Shown: positions 1-10,504 of the stretch, piece after piece | Position numbering within the stretch: the stretch's first letter is position 1 | Layout: each line of letters opens with the position of its first letter | NCBI GenBank assembly: GCA_039796475.1 | Contig: JBDKJT010000058.1 | Coordinates: 3,303 to 67,302, forward strand | DNA: 64,000 bases | Origin: Bacteroidota bacterium | GTDB taxonomy: Bacteria > Bacteroidota > Bacteroidia > Chitinophagales > Chitinophagaceae | Direction: 5' to 3' | The notes under the pieces: generated by a model | Databases searched by the model: none | What the model was told of the DNA's origin: nothing | What the model saw: only the letters and a program-made list of their open reading frames with translations | Made by a program: the position numbers and the translations under genes

Positions 1-448
1 GCTCAATTAACAACTGCAGGTTATTGCCAGCGGTTCTTACAAAAGGAGTGGTAAGATCTACCCCTACCCAACCTGTAGTATTTGCGGTAAAACTACCATT
101 AAACACTTCAGTATAACCCGTGGTATTATAAATACCGGTGGTAAATGAGGTTGTACTGGTAGGTACTTCCTTTAAATAAAGCCTAAAGCTGTTAATAGTA
201 GTATTAGTGCCTACCGTAAAAATATTAAAATCAATATGATTTAATGCGGTGCCAACGGTGGTAAAATTGCTTGCCCCAATCTCTGCCTCGGTATATATAT
301 TTTCACTAACATGGTAGGTGTTGGTGCCAATTAATATACTGCCCGATTGAGTAGGGCTGGTATTTATTTTAATGGTTTGCGTTTGAGCCGTAATGCTTGC
401 AAAAAGTAAAAATACCAATGCAAAATGGGAGCGTAAAAATCTAATCAT
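1..448 (-). CDS. secreted protein of unknown function, N-terminal fragment (3' end lies beyond window start)
   Basis: Hand translation of the reverse strand from ATG at 448-446 stays open to position 1. It begins MIRFLRSHFALVFLLFASITAQTQTIKINTSPTQ..., a signal peptide followed by Thr/Asn-rich sequence. It is absent from the ORF track because it is truncated by the window edge. Confidence 0.55.
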   Translation of the reverse strand, partial: MIRFLRSHFALVFLLFASITAQTQTIKINTSPTQSGSILIGTNTYHVSENIYTEAEIGASNFTTVGTALNHIDFNIFTVGTNTTINSFRLYLKEVPTSTTSFTTGIYNTTGYTEVFNGSFTANTTGWVGVDLTTPFVRTAGNNLQLLIE

Positions 449-615
449 GTGGATTGGTTTGTACAGCTAAAGTAATTACTATTTAATTAAAATACGATTG
501 CCAAAGTATAGTAAAATATGGCAAGTCAATCATATAAGCCCTTTGTCACTTGGCGGCGTACTATGTTTACTGCTTACATAGCTTTAGTTTTGCATACAAT
601 AGCAAATGATATTAA

Positions 616-2688
616 ATGGCACACGCTTACACGAATAAACTGGCTTTAGAAACAAGCCCCTACCTGTTGCAACATGCTCATAACCCTGTAAACTGGTATC
701 CATGGGGAGAGGAAGCATTGCAACAAGCAAAAACCGACAACAAAGTGATACTGGTAAGTATAGGTTATTCAGCATGTCATTGGTGCCATGTAATGGAACG
801 GGAGAGTTTTGAAGATGTACAAACCGCCGAAATAATGAATGAGCATTTTATCAATATCAAAATAGATCGGGAGGAGCGACCTGACATTGATAATATTTAC
901 ATGGATGCAGTACAATACCTTACTGGCAGTGGCGGATGGCCTTTAAATGTATTTTTAACCCCCGATGCTCAGCCGTTTTATGGCGGCACCTATTATCCGC
1001 CAACCAATGCCTACAACAGGCCATCGTGGAAAGAAGTGCTGGCCGGTGTAGCCCAGGCATGGCAGCAACAAAAGGAGGCAGTATTAAGCCGGGCTGGGCA
1101 ACTAACCCAGCATGTTGAAAGTGCAGGTAATTTTGCTGTTACTATAAATACAACAGTATCTGTTACAGCGGAGGAATTGATAGCGCAGCAAAAAGAGATA
1201 TTGCACACTGTTATGCGTACTGCAGATACGCAATGGGGTGGGTTTGGCAAGGCTCCTAAGTTTCCACAAACAGCAACCATCCGGTATTTGCTCCAATACC
1301 ATTATTATACTGCCGACATACAGGCATTACAACAAGCATTGCTTTCGGTAAATAAAATGCTGCAGGGCGGTATTTACGATCATATAGGGGGAGGGTTGGC
1401 CCGGTACAGTACAGACAATGAGTGGCTGGCACCCCATTTTGAAAAAATGCTGTACGATAATGCATTGCTGCTACAACTATTGGCTGATGTATACCAGGTT
1501 ACCAGGGATGAGCATTATAAACAAGCTGCTGAAAGCATCATTAATTTTTTAAAAAACGAATTAGCTCATCCATCAGGCGGCTTTTATGCAGCCCTCGATG
1601 CAGATAGCGAAGGCATAGAAGGTAAATATTATGTATGGCAAAAGCAGGCGGTAGAAGAGATTTTAGGTACAGATGCCGGGCTTTTTTGCCAACTATTTGA
1701 CATTACCGATTCAGGAAACTGGGAGGGGGAGAATATACCCAGGTTGCTGGTGCCACTTAAAGAATTTGCTTTGCAACAACAATTGAACGAGCCTGATTTG
1801 CACAACACCATTAATAAATGCATAGCAAAACTCTTACAAGCCAGGCAGCAAAGGGTAAGGCCCGGATTGGATGATAAAATTATTGTAAGCTGGAATGCGC
1901 TGACGATTACCGCACTTGCAAAAGCAGCACGTGTTTTTAAAAACGATGAATATGCAGCACTGGCCAAACTCAATTACCAGTTTATATGTAAGCATTGCAA
2001 AGCCGAAAATGAATATGCCTTGCAGCATACCTGGAAAAACGGGCAGGCTAAACATCCTGGCTTTTTGGATGATTATGCCTTTTTAACCGAAGCAGCCATT
2101 GCCTTGTATGAGTTAACTTTTGAAGAGCAGTTTTTGCAGCAGTCCCTCGGCTATTGCCGGTATGCCATAGATAACTTTAGTGACGCTACTGGTTTGTTTT
2201 TTTATTATACCAGCAGCCAGCAACAGGATGTAATTGTAAGAAAAAAAGAAATTTATGATGGTGCTACCCCCTCTGCTAATGCCATCATGGCTGCCAATTT
2301 GCAAAAATTAGGCATATTGTTTGACATACCAGATTGGCAACAACGGGCAACGGCAATGCTGGCAGCATTAAACCAGGCCATCACAAAATACCCGGTGTCT
2401 TTTAGCAACTGGGCTTGCCTGTTATTACAACAGGTGAGGAGTGTTAATGAAATTGCTTTTGCAGGCACAAAGGCTGCTGCAAGTGCTGATACTTTTTTAT
2501 CCAATCATTATATACCGGGTAAAATTGTAGCAGTGCTAAATACTATAAATCATCAAATACCGTTTTTAAATGATAAGCCGGTAAACAATGTATTAAGTAT
2601 ATACCTCTGTAAAAAACAGGCTTGTGCAGCACCTGTAAAAAATGAGCAACAACTAATATCATTAATAAATACAATAGATAAATTTTAA
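616..2688 (+). CDS. thioredoxin domain-containing protein (DUF255 / YyaL / SSP411-like, with C-terminal six-hairpin glycosidase-like region)
   Basis: 690-aa ORF. The N-terminus [22 protein letters not shown]...[18 protein letters not shown] is the characteristic DUF255 thioredoxin-fold signature. Confidence 0.9.
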   Translation: MAHAYTNKLALETSPYLLQHAHNPVNWYPWGEEALQQAKTDNKVILVSIGYSACHWCHVMERESFEDVQTAEIMNEHFINIKIDREERPDIDNIYMDAVQYLTGSGGWPLNVFLTPDAQPFYGGTYYPPTNAYNRPSWKEVLAGVAQAWQQQKEAVLSRAGQLTQHVESAGNFAVTINTTVSVTAEELIAQQKEILHTVMRTADTQWGGFGKAPKFPQTATIRYLLQYHYYTADIQALQQALLSVNKMLQGGIYDHIGGGLARYSTDNEWLAPHFEKMLYDNALLLQLLADVYQVTRDEHYKQAAESIINFLKNELAHPSGGFYAALDADSEGIEGKYYVWQKQAVEEILGTDAGLFCQLFDITDSGNWEGENIPRLLVPLKEFALQQQLNEPDLHNTINKCIAKLLQARQQRVRPGLDDKIIVSWNALTITALAKAARVFKNDEYAALAKLNYQFICKHCKAENEYALQHTWKNGQAKHPGFLDDYAFLTEAAIALYELTFEEQFLQQSLGYCRYAIDNFSDATGLFFYYTSSQQQDVIVRKKEIYDGATPSANAIMAANLQKLGILFDIPDWQQRATAMLAALNQAITKYPVSFSNWACLLLQQVRSVNEIAFAGTKAAASADTFLSNHYIPGKIVAVLNTINHQIPFLNDKPVNNVLSIYLCKKQACAAPVKNEQQLISLINTIDKF

Positions 2689-2837
2689 CAAGATTATACA
2701 CAATAAACAGGCAGTAGCTGCGTTTTTTCGGTAATCCGTTTTGTTATCTTTATGAAAATTTAAATTAGGTAAAAGTACTCAGAACGCATAAATCAAAATA
2801 ATCATTACATTTGCCAATACCCTCAAAGATTAAAACA

Positions 2838-4124
2838 ATGAAAAACAGAGTTAGCGTTTTCATAGCCTCAGTAGCTATTTTTTCCCTCGCTGGTTGTAGT
2901 AAAAACAACAAAGGCGGAGGAGCTCCGAATGACGGGCAGCTACATGGCGTAGCTCCTGCTTCTAAGTGGGCACTTCCAAAACCTCCCGGAATGGTGTATA
3001 TCCCTTCTGGTACTTTTCACATGGGCCCCAGCGATGAGGATATCAATTATGCCTATACCGCTCGTAACAAGCAGGTTTCTATCAGTGGTTTCTGGATGGA
3101 CGCTACCGAAATAACCAATAACGAGTATCGCCAGTTTACTAACTGGGTGAGAGACTCTATCGCTGCTAAAGAGATGGGTTTTATTAAGCAGGGTAAAGAT
3201 GGTAACGAATATATCGATTGGACCAAGGCCAAAACAATTAAATGGAATGACAAAGCCACTTTGGAAAAAATCGACAAATTGATTTTTACGCCGGATAACC
3301 GCATCTTTAATAAAAAAGAAATAGACCCAGCCAAACTGGTTTTTCACTCAGAAACCTTTGATTACAAAGAAGCATCCAGGAGAGAAAATGCCAGCGCACA
3401 GCGTTCTAAATTTATCGTTAAAAAAGACATTAAAATATACCCTGATACGCTTTGTTGGGTAAGAGATTTTTCTTACGCTTACAACGAGCCAATGAGCAAA
3501 AAGTATTATGGTCACCCAGCATTTGGTAACTACCCGGTAGTGGGTGTAAGCTGGCAGCAAGCCACTGCTTTTTGTGAATGGCGCACACATTATTTAAACT
3601 CTTTCCTTTCTTCAAAAAACAAATCTACCGAATCTGATTTCAGGCTGCCTACCGAGGCACAGTGGGAGTATGCTGCACGGGGCGGTCGCTCTCAATCGCC
3701 CTATCCATGGGGTGGTCCTTACCTGAGAAACAAAAAAGGTTGTTTGCTGGCTAACTTTAAACCTGGCCGTGGCAACTATCCGGAAGATGGTGGGTTTTAC
3801 ACTGTAAGGGCTGATGCCTATTGGCCAAACGACTTTGGTTTATACAACATGTCTGGTAATGTGGCAGAGTGGACCTCTTCACTATTTTACGAAGGCGGTT
3901 ATTCTTTTCAACACGATATGAATCCAGATATTCGCTGGAATGCTAAAGATTCTGACCCTCCCCGTATGAAGCGTAAAGTAGTACGTGGTGGTAGCTGGAA
4001 AGATGTTGGTTATTTCCTGCAGACAAGTACACGTAATTACGAGTATCAAGATACATCTAAGTCTTACATTGGCTTTCGTTGTGTGATTGATTTACCACCT
4101 TCAATGAAAAGAGGCGGTAAATAA
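2838..4124 (+). CDS. gldK: gliding motility / T9SS lipoprotein GldK (PorK), FGE-sulfatase (SUMF1) fold
   Basis: The start is moved to ATG 2838 (MKNRVSVFIASVAIFSLAGC, lipobox Cys), because the track start at 2811 is a TTG. SUMF1-like motifs are present (RGGSW, GFRCV). The gene lies directly upstream of gldL, gldM and gldN. Confidence 0.88.
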   Translation: MKNRVSVFIASVAIFSLAGCSKNNKGGGAPNDGQLHGVAPASKWALPKPPGMVYIPSGTFHMGPSDEDINYAYTARNKQVSISGFWMDATEITNNEYRQFTNWVRDSIAAKEMGFIKQGKDGNEYIDWTKAKTIKWNDKATLEKIDKLIFTPDNRIFNKKEIDPAKLVFHSETFDYKEASRRENASAQRSKFIVKKDIKIYPDTLCWVRDFSYAYNEPMSKKYYGHPAFGNYPVVGVSWQQATAFCEWRTHYLNSFLSSKNKSTESDFRLPTEAQWEYAARGGRSQSPYPWGGPYLRNKKGCLLANFKPGRGNYPEDGGFYTVRADAYWPNDFGLYNMSGNVAEWTSSLFYEGGYSFQHDMNPDIRWNAKDSDPPRMKRKVVRGGSWKDVGYFLQTSTRNYEYQDTSKSYIGFRCVIDLPPSMKRGGK

Positions 4125-4176
4125 ACCAGGCAGGCTTTCGCTATCATAAGTTTTCCTATTCAACTGCTTTATAGAA

Positions 4177-4222
4177 AGAAATTAATCTTTATGACGTTAT
4201 TAGAGCGTAAAGATTAATTTCT
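4177..4222 (+). repeat. perfect 15-bp inverted repeat (stem-loop) in the gldK-gldL spacer
   Basis: AGAAATTAATCTTTA (4177-4191) and TAAAGATTAATTTCT (4208-4222) are exact reverse complements separated by a 16-nt loop. No T-run follows the stem. Confidence 0.8.
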
Positions 4223-4287
4223 ATTCCATAAATAAATAAACTATTCCTTTAAATAATCCCCAATTAAAAATCTAAAATCTTAAAATC

Positions 4288-5052
4288 ATGGCTGCTAAAA
4301 AAAGAACATTTTTAACCTTGATTGATGTACTGGTAAGTGCCGGTGCTGCTGTAATTATCTTTGCTGCCTGGGCAAAAATCACTCACCAGTCTTATGCAAA
4401 CTCAATGCTTACCATAGGTATGTGGACGGAGACCGCCATCTTTGCTGTATATGCTATCATAGAATGGGTTAAGCCAAAATCACACGACGAAGAACATGCA
4501 CCTGCAGCTGCTGTACCAGCTGGTAACCCAGCTTTAAAATCATTGGATAAAATGATACAGGAAGCAGATATTACCCCAACTAATCTTAAAAAATTAGGCG
4601 AAGGTTTCCAAAAATTAGGATCAACTGTTAATGGCCTTGCCGATGTGGGTGATGTAGTAAAATCTACCAGCGATTTTGGTGCAAAAACTAAAGAAGCTAC
4701 ACAGGCAATTGGTACAATGGCCAATGCATTTAGTAACAGTGCAGCTACCATGGCTTCCTTTAATAATGCATCAGAAAGTGCTAAAGGCTTTCATGAGCAA
4801 GTGCAGGTATTAACCAAAAATTTAGGTTCGCTGAATACAATTTATGAATTGGAATTAAAAGAAAGCAACAACCACCTGAAAGCGTTAAATGGTTTCTATG
4901 GCAAAATGGCCGAAGCAAGCCAGGCAATGATGAGCAGCGTGGACGATGCCAATAAAGCAAAAGATCAAATCGGTGCTTTAGCAAACAATTTAGGTAAGCT
5001 AAATTCCGTTTATGGTAATATGCTAAGTGCAATGCAGGGTGGTAACAAATAA
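4288..5052 (+). CDS. gldL: gliding motility / T9SS motor protein GldL (PorL)
   Basis: 254 aa with two N-terminal TM helices (VLVSAGAAVIIFAAWAKITH; TIGMWTETAIFAVYAI, carrying the conserved Glu). A coiled, Ala/Asn-rich cytoplasmic tail follows. Position in the gldKLMN order supports the call. Confidence 0.88.
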   Translation: MAAKKRTFLTLIDVLVSAGAAVIIFAAWAKITHQSYANSMLTIGMWTETAIFAVYAIIEWVKPKSHDEEHAPAAAVPAGNPALKSLDKMIQEADITPTNLKKLGEGFQKLGSTVNGLADVGDVVKSTSDFGAKTKEATQAIGTMANAFSNSAATMASFNNASESAKGFHEQVQVLTKNLGSLNTIYELELKESNNHLKALNGFYGKMAEASQAMMSSVDDANKAKDQIGALANNLGKLNSVYGNMLSAMQGGNK

Positions 5053-5177
5053 TATACCCCTGTAGTAACAAAATAAATTAGCAGTCTTTTGGTTTTATAA
5101 TATCAGTCTGCTGCGTTATAACATGCAGGCTGATTATTCCAAACAATAAATTTAAACATCGTTAAATCTAAAATACT

Positions 5178-6701
5178 ATGGCTTTACCCAAAGAGCCCCG
5201 GCAGAAGATGATTAACATCATGTATTTGGTGTTAACAGCTATCCTGGCCCTTAACGTATCAGCAGAGATCCTGAATGCTTTTAAAGTAGTGGATTCAAGC
5301 CTGTTGAAATCAAACGTTGCAATTGATGGCTCCAACGATAATCTTTTAAAATCACTCCAGCAAAAACTGTCAAAACCCGAAACTGCAGAAAAAGCAGCCA
5401 TTTGGGCGCCCAAGGCAGAACAGGCCAGAAAAATGGCCGACCAGTTAATTGCTAAAATAGAACAATACAAAGACAGCCTTAAAAGAGCTTCTGGCTATGC
5501 TCCCGAAAAAGACCTGAAAACTTTTAAAGAGGATGATTTGGAAGCAGCTACAAGACTATTTATAGTAAACGGCAAAGGCCCGGAACTTAAAAAGGATCTT
5601 GAAAGTTTTAAATCGCAATTATTAGCACTCGATCCAAAAATCGGTGCTGAGTTTGCCAATAAACTTCCAATCGACTTAACCATTCCACCATCAACAACTG
5701 GTAGTGGCGAAAATACCTGGGAGTACAACTATTTTCACATGACGCCTACCATTGCAGCTTTAACCATCCTCAGCAAATTTGAGAATGATGTTAAAAATGC
5801 AGAAAACCAAGTGGTAACTTTTTGCCACAATCAAATTGGGCAGGTAGAAATCATTTACAACAAAGCTGTTGCATTGGTAAGCCAATCTGCTAACTATGTA
5901 ATGCCTGGCCAAAAAGTAAAAGTTAAAGCGGGTGTGGGCATTTTTAGTAGTGCAGCTGCGCCAAAAATCAGTATCGGTGGTCAATCTTTTAATGCAACAG
6001 AAGGTTATGCCGAAACTGAAATGGATGCTGGTGGTTCTGGTGTACACTCTATACCTGTAACCATTGTATACAAAGGCCAGGATGGTAAAGATGTAACGGT
6101 AACCGATAAGGTAGAGTATACCGTGGGTGTACCAGGCGGTGCAGCCATCATGCTTGATAAAATGAATGTGTTTTACATTGGTGTAGATAACCCCATTACT
6201 ATATCATCTGGCTCAGGCTGGGATAAAACAAATGTAAGCATGACGGGTGGAACACTTTCCGGCAGCGGATCAAACAGGGTAGTAAGGGTTACAACTCCGG
6301 GTACTGCTAAAATATCAGTAAACGCCGATGGTAAATCTAGCAACTTTGATTTTAGGGTAAAAACCATCCCCGATCCAATAGGAATGGTTGGCCCAAGCAA
6401 AGGAGGTCGTGTACAATCTAACGTGTTTAAAGCACAAGATTTTTTAAGGGCAGAGTTATTAAACTTTGATTTTGATGCCAAGTTTAATGTAACAGGCGCT
6501 ACCGTATATTTTGCTGGCGCAGGTTTCAGCACCGGTGGTGGTGTACAAACTGGTACATTAACTAGTGGCAGCCTTGCACCAATTAAAGCTAAAATGGATC
6601 TTTGCAAACCAGGCTCTACAGTTACTTTTGATGATTTGAAGGTAGTTGGTCCGGATGGTAGAACAAGAACAATTCCTCCAATATCATTTGTATTATTCTA
6701 A
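5178..6701 (+). CDS. gldM: gliding motility / T9SS protein GldM (PorM)
   Basis: The N-terminus PRQKMINIMYLVLTAILALNVSAEIL is the typical GldM signal-anchor. At 507 aa the size is right, and the gene order fits. Confidence 0.9.
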   Translation: MALPKEPRQKMINIMYLVLTAILALNVSAEILNAFKVVDSSLLKSNVAIDGSNDNLLKSLQQKLSKPETAEKAAIWAPKAEQARKMADQLIAKIEQYKDSLKRASGYAPEKDLKTFKEDDLEAATRLFIVNGKGPELKKDLESFKSQLLALDPKIGAEFANKLPIDLTIPPSTTGSGENTWEYNYFHMTPTIAALTILSKFENDVKNAENQVVTFCHNQIGQVEIIYNKAVALVSQSANYVMPGQKVKVKAGVGIFSSAAAPKISIGGQSFNATEGYAETEMDAGGSGVHSIPVTIVYKGQDGKDVTVTDKVEYTVGVPGGAAIMLDKMNVFYIGVDNPITISSGSGWDKTNVSMTGGTLSGSGSNRVVRVTTPGTAKISVNADGKSSNFDFRVKTIPDPIGMVGPSKGGRVQSNVFKAQDFLRAELLNFDFDAKFNVTGATVYFAGAGFSTGGGVQTGTLTSGSLAPIKAKMDLCKPGSTVTFDDLKVVGPDGRTRTIPPISFVLF

Positions 6702-6708
6702 AATTCTC

Positions 6709-7749
6709 ATGTATATGAAAAAGCATATCATACAGTTTGTCTTTTTTGCTTTCATCCTTTCGCTTTGCACCCAAAGTGCCCATGCGCAGAAAAAAAGCCG
6801 TACTGCAGTAAAAAGGTCAAATAATAAAACCGTTAAAAAAACAAAGGGTAAAACCAAAACAAGTGTTACCCCTCCTGCACAGGTTGATTCTGTAGCTACT
6901 GCGGTAGTAACACCCGAGCCAGCCAGGATAGACAGTTTGCCTATCGCAAAGATTAAAAAATCTTTAAGGCAGGATGAAGCGGTAGAAACCAAAGACATCA
7001 GGGACAGAACCCCACTTGCTTATGAGCACCTGCGGGTAGATGATGCGGTTTATCGCCACAAGGTGTGGAGAGAAATTGATGCAAGAGAAAAAATGAACCT
7101 GGCATTTAGATATGCTGCTGATGAAAATAATGGTAATCAGCGTTTCATTTCTATCCTGTTAAAAGCTGTACAAGATGGAGAGGTTACGGTGTTTGATCCC
7201 ATCGATGACCGTTTTACAACACCTCTAACCTTGTCTCAGGTTTCTAAAATGATTGGTGGTGGAAGCGACTCGGTACCACACTACGATCAAAATGGATTGG
7301 TTGATCGTTATGATCTTAAAGTGAGGGAAATAAACATGGACTCTTTCTACAAATTTAAAATTAAAGAAGAGGTAGTGTTTGATAAAGAAGCTTCCAGGCT
7401 GTTTTGGAGAATACTAGGTATTGCACCTGTAAGAAATGTATATAGCTCTGCTGGCGATTTTATCGGAACCCAGGATGTATTTTGGGTTTACTATCCTGAT
7501 ATGAGGTCGGTTTTTGCAAAATACGAGGTGTACAATCCTAAAAATTACGGCGCAAGAATGACTTGGGAAGAGCTGTTTGAAAACCGGTTATTTAGTGGCC
7601 GGATTATTAAAAGCACCTTGGATAATCCCTTCGATCTGCCTCTTTCTGCAGTGCCCGGTTTAAAAGACAGTGGCGTATTTCAATTGCTGGAAGGCGAAAG
7701 AATTAAAGAAAAGATTTTTAATTACGAATTAGATTTGTGGAGTTATTAA
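6709..7749 (+). CDS. gldN: gliding motility / T9SS protein GldN (PorN)
   Basis: The start is moved to ATG 6709 (MYMKKHIIQFVFFAFILSLCTQSAHAQ, a signal peptide), just after the gldM stop at 6701. It is the last gene of the gldKLMN block. Confidence 0.85.
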   Translation: MYMKKHIIQFVFFAFILSLCTQSAHAQKKSRTAVKRSNNKTVKKTKGKTKTSVTPPAQVDSVATAVVTPEPARIDSLPIAKIKKSLRQDEAVETKDIRDRTPLAYEHLRVDDAVYRHKVWREIDAREKMNLAFRYAADENNGNQRFISILLKAVQDGEVTVFDPIDDRFTTPLTLSQVSKMIGGGSDSVPHYDQNGLVDRYDLKVREINMDSFYKFKIKEEVVFDKEASRLFWRILGIAPVRNVYSSAGDFIGTQDVFWVYYPDMRSVFAKYEVYNPKNYGARMTWEELFENRLFSGRIIKSTLDNPFDLPLSAVPGLKDSGVFQLLEGERIKEKIFNYELDLWSY

Positions 7750-7772
7750 TTAATAATCAATGTATTTTATAT

Positions 7773-7808
7773 AAAAAATATCCCGGCTATATAGCCGGGA
7801 TATTTTTT
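7773..7808 (+). terminator. rho-independent terminator after gldN (bidirectional palindrome)
   Basis: AAAAAATATCCCGGCTAT / ATAGCCGGGATATTTTTT is a perfect 36-nt palindrome with a GC core. It has an A-run on the 5' side and a T-run on the 3' side. Confidence 0.85.
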
Positions 7809-7958
7809 ATATACATAGTTTTTGCCGTTTAATCATTAAAGTCACCGTTTAATAAATTCTCATATTCAAATTGTTAAATACCCGTTTTAGGGTATTGTTT
7901 TCAATAGATTACTACCTATCTTTACCATGGTTTTTCATAGGATATTGGATTTTAAAAC

Positions 7959-7989
7959 GGGGCTGGATTTTTATCCTGGCCCTTTTTTT
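7959..7989. terminator. imperfect hairpin with T-run abutting the uvrC stop
   Basis: GGGGCTGGAT-tttt-ATCCTGGCCC is followed by TTTTTTT on the plus strand. Read on the minus strand, it lies immediately downstream of the uvrC stop codon. Confidence 0.4.
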
Positions 7990-7993
7990 ATGC

Positions 7994-9814
7994 TTAGCCG
8001 TTGCTGCCCGGATGGTTATTAAAATGTGCTATTAGCACAGCAGCCCGCCGGGCTCCGGCTATCTTAGCAAGGCTTTCAAATGGTTGTTCCCTTATCTTTT
8101 TTACAGACTTAAATTGCTTAAGCAATTGGTCTGCTGTTGCTTTACCAATGCCCGGAATATTTTCAAGCTCATTTTTAAGTGCTCCTTTGCTGCGTTGGTT
8201 TCGGTGAAATGTAATGCCAAAACGGTGTACTTCATCCCTTATCCGCCGTATGAGTTTAAGGCTTTCGCTGTCCCATGGTAGCTTTAAAGACTCAGCGTCG
8301 CCCGGAAAAAAAATCTCTTCTTCATTTTTAGCCAATCCCACTACGGCTACCTTGCCCAGCAGGTTTAGCTGTTTGATGCTTATCATGGCAGCGCCTAATT
8401 GCCCTTTTCCACCATCAATAATAATCAATTGGGGTAAGGGTTGATTTTCATCAATCAGCCGCTTGTAACGCCTGTATACCACTTCTGTCATCGTGGCAAA
8501 ATCGTTAGGCCCAATTACAGTTTTTACATTAAAGCGCCTGTAATCTTCTTTACTCGGCTGGCCGTTTTTAAAACACACCATTGCAGATACTGGATAACTG
8601 CCCTGGAAATTACTGTTATCAAAACATTCAATGTGCAAAGGCAAAACGGGAAGGTGCAGGTACTGCTGCATTTGCTCTAACACCATTGTTACTTCATCGG
8701 CCTGCTTATGCTCCAGATGAAGCATTTTTTTTCGCTTCAGGTCTTCTTTAAAATAGTTTACATTTTTTTCCGAAAGTTCCAGCAGTTGCTTTTTGTCACC
8801 AGCTTTTGGTATGGTAACGTTAAGCGTACTATCGGCCAACTCAATTATAATCGGTACTATTATTTCTGTAGCCTCACTTTTAAAGGTTTCTCTTAAATGA
8901 GTTACCGCCAGGCTTAATACCTCGCTGGCCGGTTCATCCAGTTTTTTGGTAAGTGTAATGGTTTGTGTTAAAATAATAGCACCATTACTTACCGCCAGGT
9001 AATTTACATAAGCAGTGTCGCCCTCTTCTAAAATGCTAAAAACATCTACCGTGCCAAGTCGTTCGTTTACAACAGTTGATTTTGACCGGTATTGATGCAG
9101 GTATTCTAATTTTTTTTGAGTGATAGCAGCTTTTTCAAATGCCAGCTCCTGCACCTGCACCTGTAGCTGGTTTTTATAATGCTGTATTACCGGAGAGAGG
9201 TTGCCTTTTAAAATACTTTTTACCTGATCGAGCCCGTTGGCATAATCAGCTTCTGTTTGTAATGCTTCGCAGGGGCCTTTACAGTTGCCCAAGTGGTACT
9301 CCAGGCAAACTTTAAATTTGTTTTTATGGATGTTAGCAGGTGTTAAGTTTAGCTTGCAAGTACGCAGGGGCACATTTTGCTTAATAAAATCTAGCAGCTC
9401 CCTTACTTTACCCAGCGATGTAAATGGCCCCAGATACTCAGATCCGTCGTTAATTTTTCTTCGGGTAAAAAATACCCGGGGAAAATGTTCTTTTTTAATA
9501 ACGATATAGGGATAAGTTTTATCGTCTTTAAGGTTGATGTTAAAAACTGGTTGAAAATTTTTGATTAACGAGTTTTCCAGCAAAAAGGCATCCTGCTCAC
9601 TATTTACAATGGTAAACTCAATGCGATGGATGCGTTGCACCAGCTCATGTGTTTTGTAGCTGGTAAAAGTTTTTGAAAAATAGGAGCTTACTCTTTTGCG
9701 CAGGCTTTTAGCTTTACCCACATACAACAATTCATCATCTGCATTATAGTATTTGTAAATGCCCGGCTGCAGGGGGATGGTGGATGATATTTTAGAAAAC
9801 GCTTCCTGCGTCAT
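7994..9814 (-). CDS. uvrC: excinuclease ABC subunit C
   Basis: 606 aa with an N-terminal GIY-YIG motif (GIYKYYNADDELLYVGKAKSLRKRVSSYF). A UvrC endonuclease region and a C-terminal HhH motif (IPGIGKATADQLLKQF) are also present. Confidence 0.95.
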   Translation of the reverse strand: MTQEAFSKISSTIPLQPGIYKYYNADDELLYVGKAKSLRKRVSSYFSKTFTSYKTHELVQRIHRIEFTIVNSEQDAFLLENSLIKNFQPVFNINLKDDKTYPYIVIKKEHFPRVFFTRRKINDGSEYLGPFTSLGKVRELLDFIKQNVPLRTCKLNLTPANIHKNKFKVCLEYHLGNCKGPCEALQTEADYANGLDQVKSILKGNLSPVIQHYKNQLQVQVQELAFEKAAITQKKLEYLHQYRSKSTVVNERLGTVDVFSILEEGDTAYVNYLAVSNGAIILTQTITLTKKLDEPASEVLSLAVTHLRETFKSEATEIIVPIIIELADSTLNVTIPKAGDKKQLLELSEKNVNYFKEDLKRKKMLHLEHKQADEVTMVLEQMQQYLHLPVLPLHIECFDNSNFQGSYPVSAMVCFKNGQPSKEDYRRFNVKTVIGPNDFATMTEVVYRRYKRLIDENQPLPQLIIIDGGKGQLGAAMISIKQLNLLGKVAVVGLAKNEEEIFFPGDAESLKLPWDSESLKLIRRIRDEVHRFGITFHRNQRSKGALKNELENIPGIGKATADQLLKQFKSVKKIREQPFESLAKIAGARRAAVLIAHFNNHPGSNG

Positions 9815-9841
9815 AATTTTTTTTGATGTTAAGCAGGTTTG

Positions 9842-10456
9842 TTATGGTGTGTCATTAAAATTCCATACAAGTTTAGTGTCTGATTGTAACTGGCTTTTGC
9901 CACCTGGATTGTGCAGGATGGTTACCATCCTTGCCCAATGATCTGTTTGCCACGTAAGTTGCTGTGTATAATGGCTGCCGTTTTGTTGTAATTGTTTAAC
10001 GATGTACACTTTTTTTATCTTGCCTGTTTCGGGGTTAACATAAATATCCCAGTGTTTAATACTTACCGAATCGGGCAGGGCAGCGGTGGCATCATGCGTA
10101 TATGTAATTGCGTCAATTGTTTGATCGTTAAACTTAGTTTGCTTAAAAAAGGCAGCTAGTTTTTCATCAATTATTGTATTGATAAAAGGCGCAAGTATAG
10201 TATGCACCTGCTCTTTTTTAATCCATACCGAGTCTGTATGATTGTTTGTGGTAATGGTTTGCAAAACGGTTACCGGTAAAGAGTCGAGTATTAGTAACTG
10301 ACCTTTTAAAAATGAAGTAACGGGTATATAAGTTGTACTGCTTGCCGTATCTTTTGTGGTGGCAGCACTTGTGTCTGTTACTGTGGTATCTGGTGTTTTA
10401 TTATTACAGGCGGCACAGGCAATGGCTATTGCCAGCAGAAAAATAGATGGCTTCAT
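9842..10456 (-). CDS. lipoprotein of unknown function
   Basis: MKPSIFLLAIAIACAACNNK is a lipoprotein signal with a lipobox Cys, followed by a Thr-rich linker. The gene lies on the same strand between the giant ORF (48-bp gap) and uvrC (27-bp gap). Confidence 0.7.
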   Translation of the reverse strand: MKPSIFLLAIAIACAACNNKTPDTTVTDTSAATTKDTASSTTYIPVTSFLKGQLLILDSLPVTVLQTITTNNHTDSVWIKKEQVHTILAPFINTIIDEKLAAFFKQTKFNDQTIDAITYTHDATAALPDSVSIKHWDIYVNPETGKIKKVYIVKQLQQNGSHYTQQLTWQTDHWARMVTILHNPGGKSQLQSDTKLVWNFNDTP

Positions 10457-10504
10457 ACTGCAAAAATAATCCTATTACACGGAGTAACCACATGCGGTTT
10501 TGCC

